Source: an uncultured delta proteobacterium (GTDB taxonomy: Bacteria > Myxococcota_A > Polyangia > Polyangiales > B10-G4). Taken from it: 64,000 nt of DNA. The translations under genes were made by a program, and so were the position numbers. Positions 19,238-30,718 of the stretch are shown piece by piece. The stretch's first letter is position 1, and each line of letters starts with the position of its first letter. Where the stretch lies: contig CAVSGI010000021.1 of NCBI GenBank assembly GCA_963727445.1, positions 160,001-224,000 of the forward strand, in the 5' to 3' direction. A model generated the notes under the pieces. That model was not told the DNA's origin. It was given only the letters and a program-made list of their open reading frames with translations, and did not search any database.

Positions 19238-20531
19238 CTACTTCGAGAAGCGCGGCGCGACGCTCCTCGGGTTGTCGCCGTAGCTCGGATCGCGATGGCC
19301 CGCGTTCAGGAAGCCGGGGCTGACGCGGAAGGGAAGGGAGGTCTCGAACTGCATCCAGAGGCTGCGCTCGGAGATGCGCTCGGGGGCATTGGCCTGCGCT
19401 TCATCGAGGTCGACGATGCGGTCGTAGGTCTCCTTCCGCACGCCGTGGCCGGTGAAGGGCGGCGTCAGGAAGAGGCCGCCCCGAGAGAAGACCTGGTCGT
19501 TCGTCGGCCCGGTCAGGATGCCGTTCAGCTCGGTCGCCGCCTGCCGGTGATAGAAGGGCGGACGAAAGGTGTGCTGCGCGATGTCCCAGCGGGGCGGGAA
19601 GATCACCAGGTCCAGCGAGTTCTCTCCCGGATGATCCATCGGTGAGCTGAGCACGATGAAGATGGAGGGGATCCGGATGGTCGACGTCCACGGAACCGAC
19701 CGGCGAAAAGCGCGACAGGTCGTACCGGTAGGGCGTGTGATTGCCGTGCCACGCCACCACGTCGAAGGGAGAGCCGGGACGCGTCGCTTCGTAGAGCACG
19801 CCACCGACCTTCGCCGTCACTCGGAAGGTGGCGTCCCCGCGATCTTCGTAGCTCGCCGTCGGCGCTTCGAAGTGCCGCGCGTCCGCGAGGCTGTTGGCCC
19901 CGACCACGCCGCGAGAAGGGAGCTCGAAGTGGCGACCGAAGGACTCGCCCACGTATCCGCGAACGATCTCGGCGCCGCGGCGCGCCACGCTCATCTTGAT
20001 CCCGCGCGGAACGATGGCGAGCTGCCCCGGATCCACCTCGAGCACGCCGCACTCGGTGCGGATGGTCAGCCCGCCGGTGTCCGGCAGTATCAAGAGGTCG
20101 CCGTCGGTGCTGTGGAACGAGCGCTCCTCCATGTCCTCGTGCGCAACGTAGACGTACGCGGCCATGCCTCGGAGCTCGGCCGGGTCCCCCGCACCGCCCA
20201 CCAACACGAGCCCGTCCACGAAGTCGCCGTTGCCCTCGAGGGGCGCCGGCTTCCAGCCGAGGAGGTTGGGCTGCGGACGCGCTTCGAGGTAGCCGAGGTC
20301 GACGCTCGGATGCAACAGCCGTTCGTAGGGCGATTCCGTGACGCTCGGACGGATCCGGTACATCCAGGTTCGGCGGTTGTGGGTCGCGGGAACGGTGAAG
20401 CACGTCCCGTTGATCTGCTCCGGGAAGAGTCCGAGAGGCGCCTTGCGCGGAGTGTTCTGCGTCCGAGGAAGCGCGCCCTCCTCGGCTTCGGTGCTGAAGT
20501 TGTTTCCGAACCCGCTCTGGTATTCGATCAT
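19238..20531 (-). CDS. hmgA: Homogentisate 1,2-dioxygenase, frameshifted near 19667-19670
   Basis: YQSGFGN, RTWMYRIRPS, DGDLLI, SPFDVVAWHGN, HPDP then in the next frame SIFIVL..VIFPPRW..HTFRPPFYHR; one extra base in a G4 run. Confidence 0.9.
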
Positions 20532-21211
20532 GTCGCCGGCTTCCGAGGCTCGAAGCTTAGGCTCTCCTCGAGCGCGACGGAACCGCGGTGCAGTTTGAAG
20601 CGCTCGCGCGTGAGCGTGTACTCGCGCCCGCCCATTCGACCGATGGTCGCGAGGGCGTCGGCGTCGACGCGGCCGTCAGCGTCCGCGATGTCGTCGCGAA
20701 GCCACACGTGGACGACGCGTCCGATCACCACCCACGAAGACTCGGGGACGCTCGGGTCGGCCTGAAAGGCTTTGAGCGTGCGGCACTCGAAGCTCAGAGG
20801 CGCCTCCTTCAGCCGAGGAGGCGTCACCACTCGGCTCGGCTCGGGCGTGAGCCCGACGAGCTCGAACTCGCTCTGTCCCCGCGGGAGCTCCTCGGCCGCG
20901 GCCGCCACCTCGCGCGCATAGCTCTCCACCGCGACGTTGACGACGAACTCGCCGAGACCGCCGTCCGCCGCAGGCCGGGCGTTGAGCAGGGAGTCCTTCG
21001 GGGTCCCGTCCGGGTGATGACCCGGGCAGAAGAGCAGGGTCATCGGCGTCGAGCCGATCGCGTTGTAGAAGGAGTATGGCGCCAGGTTGTCTCGGCCATC
21101 GGGCGAGCGGGTGGAGACGAAGGCGATGGGCCGGGGCGTGATGGAGCCTATCAGGATGCGGTAACGCTGGGCTTCGGTCAGGGCGTCCGGATCGAGATGG
21201 CGAAACTTCAT
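20528..21211 (-). CDS. Flavin reductase family protein
   Basis: LIGSITPRPIAFVST, NLAPYSFYN, KDSLLN, EFVVNV, IGRMGG; overlaps the hmgA start. Confidence 0.88.
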   Translation of the reverse strand: MKFRHLDPDALTEAQRYRILIGSITPRPIAFVSTRSPDGRDNLAPYSFYNAIGSTPMTLLFCPGHHPDGTPKDSLLNARPAADGGLGEFVVNVAVESYAREVAAAAEELPRGQSEFELVGLTPEPSRVVTPPRLKEAPLSFECRTLKAFQADPSVPESSWVVIGRVVHVWLRDDIADADGRVDADALATIGRMGGREYTLTRERFKLHRGSVALEESLSFEPRKPAT

Positions 21212-21245
21212 CGCCCTCGTCTCTCAGGCACGCGAGCCCCTCTTG

Positions 21246-22304
21246 TCAATCCCCGCCGGCTGCCGCGACCTGCGCGTCGACGGAAGCGGCGTCGGCCGGC
21301 GGACGCGCACGCGCGGCGATGCCTTCGGCGCCGCCCACCGTCTCGGCCCACGCCGAGAGCGCCTCCATGCCCTCGGCGAGCCCGACCCGCGGCTCGAAGC
21401 CCAGGTCGTTCTGGATCCCGCTGATGTCGAAGGTGATGGAACGCCCGCGCTTGACCACCTCGACCGGTGACGGGCCCTCACGCCGCGCCGTCGCCATCGC
21501 ACGCGCGAGCATCACCCCGAGGCCGCGCTTCGGTGGCGGAAGAGAGAGCGCGCGACAGAGCGCTTCCACGACCTCGCGAAAGCTCACGAGCTCGTTGTCC
21601 GCGACGTAGTACGCCCGCCCGCTGATGCTCTCGGCGGCGATGGCAGCGCGGATCGCGTCGACGAGGTTGTCGATGTAGGTGATCGCCGTCAGGTTGGCGC
21701 CGCTGCCCACGAGCCGAATGCCCCCCGCGCGTGCTTCGACACAGAGCCGCGGGAGCTGCGAGAAGTCCCCCGGTCCCCAGATCCGCGTCGGCCGGAGTGC
21801 GATCACGCGGAGCTCGGGGGTCGTCGCCGCGAGCGCAATCTCTTCGCCCAGTCGCTTGCTTCGCGCGTGCTCGCCGAGGGGGAGCGCGATGAGCTCTTGC
21901 GACTCGCTCCAGTTGACGTGGTCCTCGTCCGAGAGCGTCACGTCGGCGCACGACAAGTGCACCAGGCAGCGACAACCCGCGTGCTTCGCGGCATTGACGA
22001 CGTTCTCGGTGCCCGCGACGTTGACCCAGCGGAGCGCGCGGGGGGCGGCGTCCAGATCCGCGACGGCCGCGCAGTGGACGACGGTGTCACACCCCTCGGC
22101 CGCATCGGCGATCGCGTTGGGATCGCCGATCGATCCCTTTCGCACCGTTGCGCCGAGGTCCGCGAGCGCCCGCGCCGCCTCGGAGTCGGCGTCACGCACG
22201 TACGCCACGACCTCGTCTCCGTCCGTGACGAAGCGTCGCGCCGCCGCGCCGCCCACGAAGCCCGTGGCGCCGGTGACCAGTATCCTGGGCATCGACCCGA
22301 GCAT
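21246..22304 (-). CDS. NAD-dependent epimerase/3-beta-HSD-like extended SDR
   Basis: ILVTGATGFVG, VVHCAA, VNVAGT, LRPTRIWGPGD; the usual YxxxK reads HARSK. Confidence 0.82.
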   Translation of the reverse strand: MLGSMPRILVTGATGFVGGAAARRFVTDGDEVVAYVRDADSEAARALADLGATVRKGSIGDPNAIADAAEGCDTVVHCAAVADLDAAPRALRWVNVAGTENVVNAAKHAGCRCLVHLSCADVTLSDEDHVNWSESQELIALPLGEHARSKRLGEEIALAATTPELRVIALRPTRIWGPGDFSQLPRLCVEARAGGIRLVGSGANLTAITYIDNLVDAIRAAIAAESISGRAYYVADNELVSFREVVEALCRALSLPPPKRGLGVMLARAMATARREGPSPVEVVKRGRSITFDISGIQNDLGFEPRVGLAEGMEALSAWAETVGGAEGIAARARPPADAASVDAQVAAAGGD

Positions 22305-22369
22305 AACGTGCTCCGGCCATCGCGCCCGCTACATCATCCGCTCGAAATCCTCTGGCAACAGGACTAGGA

Positions 22370-24288
22370 TTGCCCGTGCTTCGTCTTCTGCCCCTGGCCG
22401 TCGTCCTCGGGGCCGTCGCCCAGGGTTGTGGTGGCGATCCGGCCGCATGCGTGGACGAAGACTTCGACGGCTTCGGCGAGGGTTGTGAGCCGGGGCCGGA
22501 CTGCGACGACAGCAACGCCATGCGCAACGTCGATTGCGAACGGGTACCCGCACCGGACTGCATGGCGGACCCCTTCGCCACCGGTTGTCCGTGCCTGGCG
22601 AACGCGCGCGCTCTCTGCTTCGCCGGACCGCCGGAGGCCGTCGACGTGGGTCTGTGCGTCGGGGGCCAGACGCTCTGCGTGAATGGGCACTGGGGACTCT
22701 GTGAAGGCGCGGTGGTGCCGCGAGGGGAGACCTGCGACACACGCGATCAGGATTGCGACGGCCTCGTGGACGAGGGCGTGCAGAGCCCGTGCGGCGGATG
22801 CGAGCCGGGATGCAACGGGGGTGTGTGGGGCGAAGCGGACGCGCCCTTCGAGGCGAGCGAGACGCTCTTCGTGGGGCCGGAGGGCGAGCTGACGCTCGCG
22901 TACGGGGAGCGGCCCGTCGCCGGCGCGGTCTGGATCGCCAACAGCGGCGAAGGGACGATCTCCAAGATCGACGCGGCCACTGCGACCGAGGTCGCCCGCT
23001 ACCAGAGCGGCGGAAGCGAGCCGAGCCGCGTCGCGGTCGACTACCGCGGGGACGCGTGGGTGGCCAATCGCGAGTTCGAGGGCGTGTCCACGCTCGTGAA
23101 GATCGCCGGCGACCCCTCCCGCTGCGTCGACGCCACGGGCGACGGCCTCACCACCTCCACCGGCCCAGCCGACGTCCTGCCATTCGGAGAGGACGAGTGC
23201 GTGCTCTTTCGGACGGACGTCGGCACCACGGGCGAAGTGGCGCGCGCTCTCGCCATCGACGGCGACCTCGGACTCGACGAGACGTCGGGAGGCAACGCAT
23301 GGGTCGGCCTGCACGAAGGGCACGCGGTGGTGGTGGTGGACGGCGCGACCGGCGCGGTGCTCGACCGCATCGAGACGCCGAACTTCTCGCCCTATGCCGC
23401 CGCCTTCGACGCCTGGGGCACTCTGTGGCTCTCCGAACGCGATGGTTACATCGCGCGCATCGACCGCGGGGTGACACCGCGCGAAGCGACCATCATCGAG
23501 GTACCCTTCGCCTGCTACCTCCTCTACGGCTTGACCGTCGACGTGCGCGGTCGCGTCGTGGCAACCGGCTTCTCCTGCGACGACGTCATCACCTACGACC
23601 CGCGTCGCGATCTCTTCCGGCAGCTCCCGTCGCCGCCGAGCCCGCGGGGCATCGCGCTCGGGCTCGGCGAGGGCGACCTCTTCATGGCGCACACCGGGGG
23701 GAGCGTCTCCCGTTTGAGCGTCGACGAGAGCCGCATCCTCGACACCGATCCGCTCGCGAATGCCGACGCCACGCCCCTCGAATCCATCGGGGTGGGCGTG
23801 GACGGCTTCGGCGACGTCTGGGTGGCGAGCACCCACGGTGGCCCGGGCGGGGTCGGGTTGGCCACGCGCGTCAGCCCCATGGACGGCACGGTGACCGCGC
23901 AGGTACCGGTGGGCCGCGGGCCACACACCCAGGGCGATCTCACCGGCGCCGAGCTTCACGGCGGCTTCGTTCCCGAAGGCGAGACGACCCACCTCTTCAG
24001 CGGCTGCCTCGGCGGGCAGACCGACTGGCTTCGCTTGCACGTCGATGCCCTCGTCGGCGCGGCGGGAACGGTGGAGCTCAGCGCTCGCCACGCGTCCTCG
24101 GAGACGGCCCTTTCGTCTGCGCCCTGGGTGGTCCTCGGGACCCTGCCCGAGGACATGCAGCCCTTCGATCTCGACTTCCCGATCGATGGGGTGGTCCAGG
24201 TGAGGCTCGTGCTTCGCACGGCGGATCTCGATGGGGCACCGCGGATCTTCGGGTGGGGCTCGAGTGGTCGTGCCCCGGTCCCGATTGA
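22370..24288 (+). CDS. Cys-rich lipoprotein with Vgb/YVTN-like beta-propeller; probable frameshift near 24250
   Basis: Lipobox AQGC; DEDFDGFG..DCDD and DQDCDGLVDEG motifs; VWIANSGEGTISKID, PSRVAVD, PHTQGDLTG. The natural end RVGLEWSCPGPD* is in another frame; otherwise the ORF runs over the next gene. Confidence 0.7.
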
Positions 24289-24347
24289 GCGTGCCGCTTC
24301 CCCGGTAGTTTTCTCGCGGGTCCCGCCCTGGGGTAGGATGCTGGCTT

Positions 24348-25244
24348 ATGAAGGCACTATCGCGACATGTGGCAACGGCCCTGGTGGTCCTCGCCGCGAC
24401 CGCCTCACCCGCGCTCGCGCAGGAAGAGGAAGAAGAGGGCGCCGATGGTGACGAGGCGGCCGAAGACGCGCAGTCGATGATGACCGACGACTCGTCACTC
24501 GATGATCAGGCCGCGCGCGAGTTCTTCGCCGCCGGGCGCAACCTCTACGACCTCGGGCGCTTCACCGAGGCGGCCGAGCAGTTCCAGCAGGCCTACGATC
24601 TGTCGCACCGGCCGCCGCTCCTCTACAACCTCTACCTCGCCCACCGCGACGCCTCCCAGGATCGCGAAGCGGCCGCCGCGCTTCGCCTCTACCTCGAACA
24701 GATGCCCGAGCTCGACAATCGACGTTCCCTCGAGGTGCGCCTCGAGAACCTCGAGCGGGCGCTCGCCGAGCAGGATGCCGATCGCGAGGCGGCGGCGCGC
24801 GACGCCGAGGCCGCGGTCCGGGCGGAGCAGGAGCAGCGTGAGCAGGAAGAAGCCGAGCGCCGCCGACAGGAGGAGAGCTCCGCGACGAGCCCCGTCCCCT
24901 GGATCATCGCCGGCGTCGGCGGCGCGATGGCGGTGGTCGGCATCATCACCGGGGCGATGGCCCTCGGGCAGGCCTCGGCGCTGAAAGAAGGCTGCGTCGA
25001 CCTGGGCGACGGGAGCTACGCCTGCGATCCCGCGGACCAGGAGCTCGTCGACAAGCAATCGTCGCTGTCGACCCTCGCGCCGCTCACCGACGTCATGCTG
25101 ATCGGCGGCCTGGTCGTGGCCGCCGCCGGCGTCACCTGGGGATTGATCCAGATGATGGGCGGGAGCAGCGACGAGGAGAGCCCGCAGGTGTCGGCGATGT
25201 GCGGTCCGACCGGGTGCGGCGCCAGCGTACGGATGGGGTTCTGA
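24348..25244 (+). CDS. Secreted TPR protein with C-terminal hydrophobic segments
   Basis: Signal peptide; AREFFAAGRNLYDLGRFTEAAEQFQQAY..LLYNL TPR; coiled coil; two hydrophobic helices. Confidence 0.75.
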   Translation: MKALSRHVATALVVLAATASPALAQEEEEEGADGDEAAEDAQSMMTDDSSLDDQAAREFFAAGRNLYDLGRFTEAAEQFQQAYDLSHRPPLLYNLYLAHRDASQDREAAAALRLYLEQMPELDNRRSLEVRLENLERALAEQDADREAAARDAEAAVRAEQEQREQEEAERRRQEESSATSPVPWIIAGVGGAMAVVGIITGAMALGQASALKEGCVDLGDGSYACDPADQELVDKQSSLSTLAPLTDVMLIGGLVVAAAGVTWGLIQMMGGSSDEESPQVSAMCGPTGCGASVRMGF

Positions 25245-26074
25245 TGACAGGTTTTCGCATCGTGAGTCTCACGTCGCTCCTCGTGTGCGTCGGCTGCTCG
25301 GCCATCACCAGCCCGGGGAGCTTCCAGTTCGACGCGGCCGCGACGGGATGCCCCGAGGCCGACGCCGTCGATCTCGCGATCGAGGTTCGGAATTTCGAGG
25401 AGTTCGAGGACCAACAGATCCAGATCATGGCGGTGGACGGCACGAACGATCTCGTGTTCCGCGCCATCCTCGACCACATCGATCACGACGGCGTCTCGGA
25501 TGACGGAACCGACAACTCCGCCCGTCTCTGCCTGGTCATCCCCGAGCTGGTCGACGCTCACGACTCTCTGGTGATCCGGACCTTCGTGGACCGCGAGGTC
25601 AACGGCTTCTATCAGCCCGTCGACGGCACCGGCGCCGACTTCGAAGAGGGCTGGCAGGACGACGTGACCGATGGGGTCGTCGTGATCGACGGCACCGACG
25701 ACCCCACCGGCTTCGACGATCCCTCGTCGGCATCGGGAAACTTCCAGGTGTCGACCACGGGGATGAACGTTCACGTCCCGAACACCCAGCATCTGGCTGC
25801 CATGGTGATCGACCCGGCGGACGGAGTCCCCATCGGGTTCTATCGGCTCGCCGACGTGAACACGTCGGATCCCGTGATCTTCCTCAACGAGATCCTCGAG
25901 CCCGACAGCACCTACGACCTCGAGTTCTACGTCGACTTCGTCACCAACGGCTACTACGACCCGCCGCCCATGGGCGATCACTCCTGGTTCCGCGAATACA
26001 CGAGCGACGCCGTCGGCGACATCAGCGAAGACTTCGCCCACAACACCGAGTTCGACGTCCTCGACTACTTCTGA
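25244..26074 (+). CDS. Acidic lipoprotein of unknown function
   Basis: Lipobox CVGC; internal two-fold repeat (FVD..NGFY / YVD..NGYY); start overlaps the upstream stop. Confidence 0.7.
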   Translation: MTGFRIVSLTSLLVCVGCSAITSPGSFQFDAAATGCPEADAVDLAIEVRNFEEFEDQQIQIMAVDGTNDLVFRAILDHIDHDGVSDDGTDNSARLCLVIPELVDAHDSLVIRTFVDREVNGFYQPVDGTGADFEEGWQDDVTDGVVVIDGTDDPTGFDDPSSASGNFQVSTTGMNVHVPNTQHLAAMVIDPADGVPIGFYRLADVNTSDPVIFLNEILEPDSTYDLEFYVDFVTNGYYDPPPMGDHSWFREYTSDAVGDISEDFAHNTEFDVLDYF

Positions 26075-26080
26075 TCGGCC

Positions 26081-27064
26081 TTACGCCGCGGCGGCCATCG
26101 CCCCCTCGACCGCGGCGCGGAGCTCGGCGTTCGTCACCAGCGCTTCGCGGGTCCGCTCGCGGCCCTGCGCCAGGCGCTCGCCGCCGAAGGCGTAGTGCGA
26201 GCCGCTCTTGTCGATGACGCCCTTGGCGACCGCGCTATCGAGGAGATCGGCGGCGACGTCGATGCCTTCGCCGTAGCGGATGTCGAATTCCACAGAGGTG
26301 AAGGGCGGGGCGAACTTGTTCTTCACGACCTTCACCCGCGTTCGGTTGCCGAGGACCTGGTCGCCGTTCTTGAGCGCGCCGATGCGCCGCACGTCGAGAC
26401 GCACCGAGCTGTAGTACTTCAGCGCGTTGCCGCCGGTGGTCGTCTCCGGCGAGCCGAACATGACGCCGATCTTCATCCGCAGCTGGTTGATGAACATCAC
26501 GGTGGTGCCGGTCTTGTTGGTGACGGAGGTGAGCTTGCGCAGGGCCTGGCTCATCAGGCGCGCCTGAAGGCCCATGTGCGGGTCGCCCATGTCGCCCTCG
26601 ATCTCGGCTCGCGGGACGAGCGCCGCCACGGAGTCGACCACCAGCAGGTCCACCGCGCCCGAACGAATGAGCGTCTCGGCGATCTCCAACGCCTGCTCTC
26701 CACTGTCCGGCTGGCTCACCAGGAGGCGCTCGGGCTCGACCCCGAGCGCCTTGGCGTAGCGCACGTCGAGGGCGTGCTCGGCGTCGATGAAGGCGGCGAC
26801 GCCGCCCAGCTTCTGGCATTCGGCGATGGCGTGCAGGGTCAGCGTCGTCTTGCCGCTCGCTTCGGGCCCGTAGATCTCCACGATGCGCCCGCGCGGATAG
26901 CCGCCGACACCGAGCGCGCGATCGAGCGACGGAGAGCCGGTGGGAATGCACGGCACCTTCTCCACGTCGCGGTCCCCGAGTCGCCTTATCGATCCCTTCC
27001 CGAAGGTCTTGTTGACGGCGTCCACCGCCTCCTTGACCGCCTTCAGCTTGTCCTTGTTCACCAT
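26081..27064 (-). CDS. recA: Recombinase RecA
   Basis: [73 protein letters not shown]. Confidence 0.98.
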   Translation of the reverse strand: MVNKDKLKAVKEAVDAVNKTFGKGSIRRLGDRDVEKVPCIPTGSPSLDRALGVGGYPRGRIVEIYGPEASGKTTLTLHAIAECQKLGGVAAFIDAEHALDVRYAKALGVEPERLLVSQPDSGEQALEIAETLIRSGAVDLLVVDSVAALVPRAEIEGDMGDPHMGLQARLMSQALRKLTSVTNKTGTTVMFINQLRMKIGVMFGSPETTTGGNALKYYSSVRLDVRRIGALKNGDQVLGNRTRVKVVKNKFAPPFTSVEFDIRYGEGIDVAADLLDSAVAKGVIDKSGSHYAFGGERLAQGRERTREALVTNAELRAAVEGAMAAAA

Positions 27065-28581
27065 CCGCTCACCTCTTTTCTTTCACCCGCCGGGAGATCA
27101 CCCCGGTACTGGAGGGCCTCGGCGATCTCCGCCGGCCCGACCTCCTCTACGCTCCCCAGGTCCGCGATGGTCCGCGCCACCCGGAGCGTCTTCACGTAGG
27201 CGCGGGCGCTCAGGCCCATGCGATCCACGGCGCTGTCCAGGAGAGAGAGCGCCGCCGCGGTTGCGCCGTAGCCGATGGGCGCGTCCGGTGGCGTGGCGTC
27301 GAGGCGCGCGAGCCGTCGCAGGCGTGCTTCGCACACCCGCGCGCGCACTTCCCGGCTCGGCTCGCTCGGCGCCATGCGGCGGAGTGCTTTCGACGGAACG
27401 CGGGGCACGGTGACCACGAGATCGAATCGGTCGCGGAGCGGGCCGCTCACGCGCGCTCCGTAGCGCGCGATGGCGTCGGGCGAGCAGCGGCAGACGCGCC
27501 CGCGATCGCCGTGGTGACCGCAGGGGCAGGGATTCATGGCGCCGATCACCAACGCGCCTGCGGGCATGATGGCGCGGTGGCCGACCCGCGCGACGCAGAC
27601 CCGCCCCGACTCCATGATCTGCCGGAGCGATTCCACGGCGTCGCGGCGCAGCTCGGGCAGCTCGTCGAGAAAGAGCACGCCGCCGTGGGCCAGGGTGACC
27701 TCGCCGGGGCGGACCGGACTTCCCCCGCCGATCAGCGCGGCGGTGGAGGCCGTGTGATGGGGAGCGCGAAAAGGCCGGACCACCGCGCCGTCGGAAAAGG
27801 GGATGGGGAGGCCGGCCGCCCCGGCGATGGTCGCGATGTCCAGGGACTCGCGCGGACCCGGGGGAGGGAGAATGCCGGGCAGGCGTCGGGCGAGCATCGT
27901 CTTCCCGGTGCCGGGCGGGCCCGTCATCAAGAGGTGATGTCCGCCCACGGCAGCGATCTCGAGCGCACGGCGCGCGGCGCCCTGACCGCGTACGTCGGCG
28001 AGGTCGGGGGGCGTCGCGAGCGCTCCCGCCCGGAACCCTTCGCCCGACGCCTCGGGCAATGATCCAGTGCCCTCGAGAAAGGACACCACCTCCGTCAGGT
28101 GCCGCGCGACGAAGACCTCGAGCCCGGCGGCGAGCGAGCCCTCGGCGCCGTTGCCCTCGGGGATCACCGCCGCCGTGAGGCCGAGCTCGCGCGCGCTCCT
28201 CAACTGCGCGAGGACGCCGCGCACCGGACGGAGCTCACCTGTCAGCGAGAGCTCACCGAGGAGCAGGGTCGACCCGAGCCGATTCGGCGCGCACAGGTTG
28301 CCGAGGGTCAGAAGGGACACCGCGATCGCCAGATCGAAGCCCGCCCCCCGCTTCTTCAGATCGCCGGGCGCGAGGTTCAGGAGCATCCGCCTCTCCGGGA
28401 GCTCGTACCCGTTCGCGTCGAGAGCCGCGCGCACCCGCACCCGACTCTCCCGCACCGCGGCCTCGGCGAGCCCGATCAGGTCGAAGCCCGTGCTCGGCAG
28501 CCCCTTGGCGAAGCCCGCCTCCACGACCACTGGGTGCGCTTCGATGCCGTAGACGGTGGAGGTGTGAACGTGCGCGGCCAT
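27058..28581 (-). CDS. comM: ComM/YifB Mg-chelatase-like AAA+ ATPase
   Basis: [77 protein letters not shown]. Confidence 0.93.
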   Translation of the reverse strand: MAAHVHTSTVYGIEAHPVVVEAGFAKGLPSTGFDLIGLAEAAVRESRVRVRAALDANGYELPERRMLLNLAPGDLKKRGAGFDLAIAVSLLTLGNLCAPNRLGSTLLLGELSLTGELRPVRGVLAQLRSARELGLTAAVIPEGNGAEGSLAAGLEVFVARHLTEVVSFLEGTGSLPEASGEGFRAGALATPPDLADVRGQGAARRALEIAAVGGHHLLMTGPPGTGKTMLARRLPGILPPPGPRESLDIATIAGAAGLPIPFSDGAVVRPFRAPHHTASTAALIGGGSPVRPGEVTLAHGGVLFLDELPELRRDAVESLRQIMESGRVCVARVGHRAIMPAGALVIGAMNPCPCGHHGDRGRVCRCSPDAIARYGARVSGPLRDRFDLVVTVPRVPSKALRRMAPSEPSREVRARVCEARLRRLARLDATPPDAPIGYGATAAALSLLDSAVDRMGLSARAYVKTLRVARTIADLGSVEEVGPAEIAEALQYRGDLPAGERKEVSGW

Positions 28582-28593
28582 GCCCGCCGCCGG

Positions 28594-28609
28594 AGCACGG
28601 CCCGCGCCA
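28594..28609 (-). promoter_or_regulatory. Sigma54-type -24/-12 promoter of comM-recA
   Basis: Minus strand TGGCGCGGGCCGTGCT (GG-N10-GC), 12 bp before the ATG. Confidence 0.5.
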
Positions 28610-28707
28610 GATTTCGGCCACGTGATTCCGCGGGGTTACGCGAAAAAAGCGGCGAACCCTCCGCCACTCCGCCGGCGGCCGCCACCCGTGAGCGGCCACC
28701 GCCAAGC

Positions 28708-28736
28708 AAAACGGCCGACCCCGAAGGGCCGGCCGT
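28708..28736 (-). terminator. Intrinsic terminator after VWA gene 1
   Basis: Minus strand ACGGCCGGCCC-TTCG-GGGTCGGCCGT followed by a T run. Confidence 0.75.
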
Positions 28737-28759
28737 CGCTCATGCGATCCGCGCTCGGA

Positions 28760-30512
28760 TCAGTTGCAGGTCGGGTTGACGCAGATGCCGGCGCTGCAGC
28801 GGAAGCCCGAGGAGCACTGGGCATCGCTGCTGCACTGGACCTGCCAGGTGCGGCTCTGCTCGTCGCAGACCAGGGTGCCGCCTTCGACGCCCGAGGGGAG
28901 CTGACAGGTGGCGTCACCCATCGACATGCCGTCGGCGCAGGTGGCGCCGGGCGAGGTGCAGGGGGTGTCCGGCTGAATGACCGCCGAGCCGCCCGTGCCC
29001 TGGACCGGCTGCAGGCACTCGAGGCGAACCAGGGTGCCGGTGCGCGGCTCGTTGCCCGAGGTGAAGGAGATGCGCTGGCCGGTGCTGCCGGTCATCGTGT
29101 CGCCGCAGCGAGTCATCACGTCGGCCGAGAAGTTGTCGTAGTACCAGCCGGGATCGGTCGGGGCGACGCCGCCGCTCGGAACCAGCTGCGCGACGCGGCA
29201 GACCTGGCCGCCGGTGTCGGGATCGGTCTCGACGAACTCGCGGCCCGGGATCTGATCGCAGCGGGTGAACTCGCCGTCGACCGGCAGCGTCTCGATGACG
29301 TCGCAGGACACGGTGCCGTCATCCGCGGGGTTCAGCTCGCGCGGCAGGCACGCGCCGCCGAGGACGTCGGCGATCTTGTCGATGACCGCGCTGATGGCCG
29401 GCGAGAAGTCGGCCTGGCAAATCGACTGCACGATGCCAGCGGCGCCGGCTGCGTCGAGCTGGCGGGCCACCTCGACCATGCGGCGCGGCGGGAAGGCGAA
29501 GCCGCGGCCCGCCACGTTGCACGAGGTACGCAGGCGCGTGGGCATCATCGGGTCGATCTCCTCGACCATGTTCGGGTCGGCGAGGATCTCCTCGAAGGTC
29601 TTGTCCGGCGTGACCGCGTCGGTCGGGACGCCAGCGATGATGGCGTAGACCAGCAGGTCGGGGCTGGTGCGCGTGGCGAGGAGGCCGTCGACGTAGCGCT
29701 CGACCGGCTGAACCGCGCCGGGGAAGGAGAAGCAGCGCAGGTTGAGGTCACCCGTGTAGACCGCGCTCGTCGGGTTGAAGACCTCGGGGTCGAGGGCGGA
29801 GCAGTCCTCCTCGTCCGAGACCTCGATGATCGCGAGGAGCGAGTCCTCGCGGAGGAAGCCCGCGTTCGCGCCGTCGGCGTGGCCGGTGGTGCCCATGTTG
29901 AAGGTGCCGTCGAAGCGACCCACCGCGGGCTGCGTCGAAGAGGTCACCGCCTTGAGGACCGCCTCGAGCTGCTGCTCGAAGCCGCAACCGCCAGTGCCGC
30001 GTGACGGCGACGCAGGTCACCTCGTCCGCGAACGCGTCCGGGTCGTCGGTCATCGGGTTGAACGTCAGGAACGGCGGGTAGGTGGCGTTGCAGCCGGGGA
30101 TGGAGGTGTTGCCCGTGGTGCGCAGGACGCCGTCGTCACCGAAGTTCGGCTCGGCGCAGGTCGGAACTACGAAGCCACCCGTACCCATGTCGGAGGTGAC
30201 CACGCCGACGTTGAGGCTGCGCACCGGAGGGAAGTCCTGGATGCCGTCGCCGTCCTGGTCACCCGACGCGAGGATGCGGATCAGGTTCGGGAACTCCGTC
30301 ACGAGCGACGTCTGCTCCTCCGTCATCGAGTTCGAGTTGTCGACCATGAAGAGCAGGTCGACCTTGTCGACGCTCGTCACGCGAACCTTCTCGACGACAC
30401 CCGAACGGGTGCATGGATTGAGAGCCTTGAGCTCTCTCTCCAGACAGCCGCTGGTGACCAGCCCCAGCCCGAGGGCTGAGACCATGAAGAGCGTTGAAAA
30501 GCGGGCGCGCAT
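28760..30512 (-). CDS. VWA-domain Cys-rich lipoprotein (CglB-like) 1, frameshifted near 30000
   Basis: Lipobox TSGC; VDLLFMVDNSNSM (MIDAS DxSxS), VGVVTSDMG; after removing one base GTGGCGFEQQLEA continues into FLREDSLLAIIEVSDEEDCS. Confidence 0.75.
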
Positions 30513-30605
30513 CGTTCCTCCGTGAGAGCTCTTTCGAGGTGGCCGACCTTATCCTTCGGCCATGGCCCAGATCAATCCTGCGTTCTCTGGTCCATGATGG
30601 GAAAT

Positions 30606-30621
30606 ATCAATCCTCGTGCCA
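30606..30621 (-). promoter_or_regulatory. Sigma54-type promoter of VWA gene 1
   Basis: Minus strand TGGCACGAGGATTGAT; perfect -24 box, variant -12. Confidence 0.6.
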
Positions 30622-30718
30622 AGCTTGATCCCTCGGAATCGCTGGATTTGACGCGGCCGAGGGGGGCTTGGGGTGTAAACCGAGTTGGCATGCTGGTCAA
30701 CGTCGTTGGCGGGTCCGG

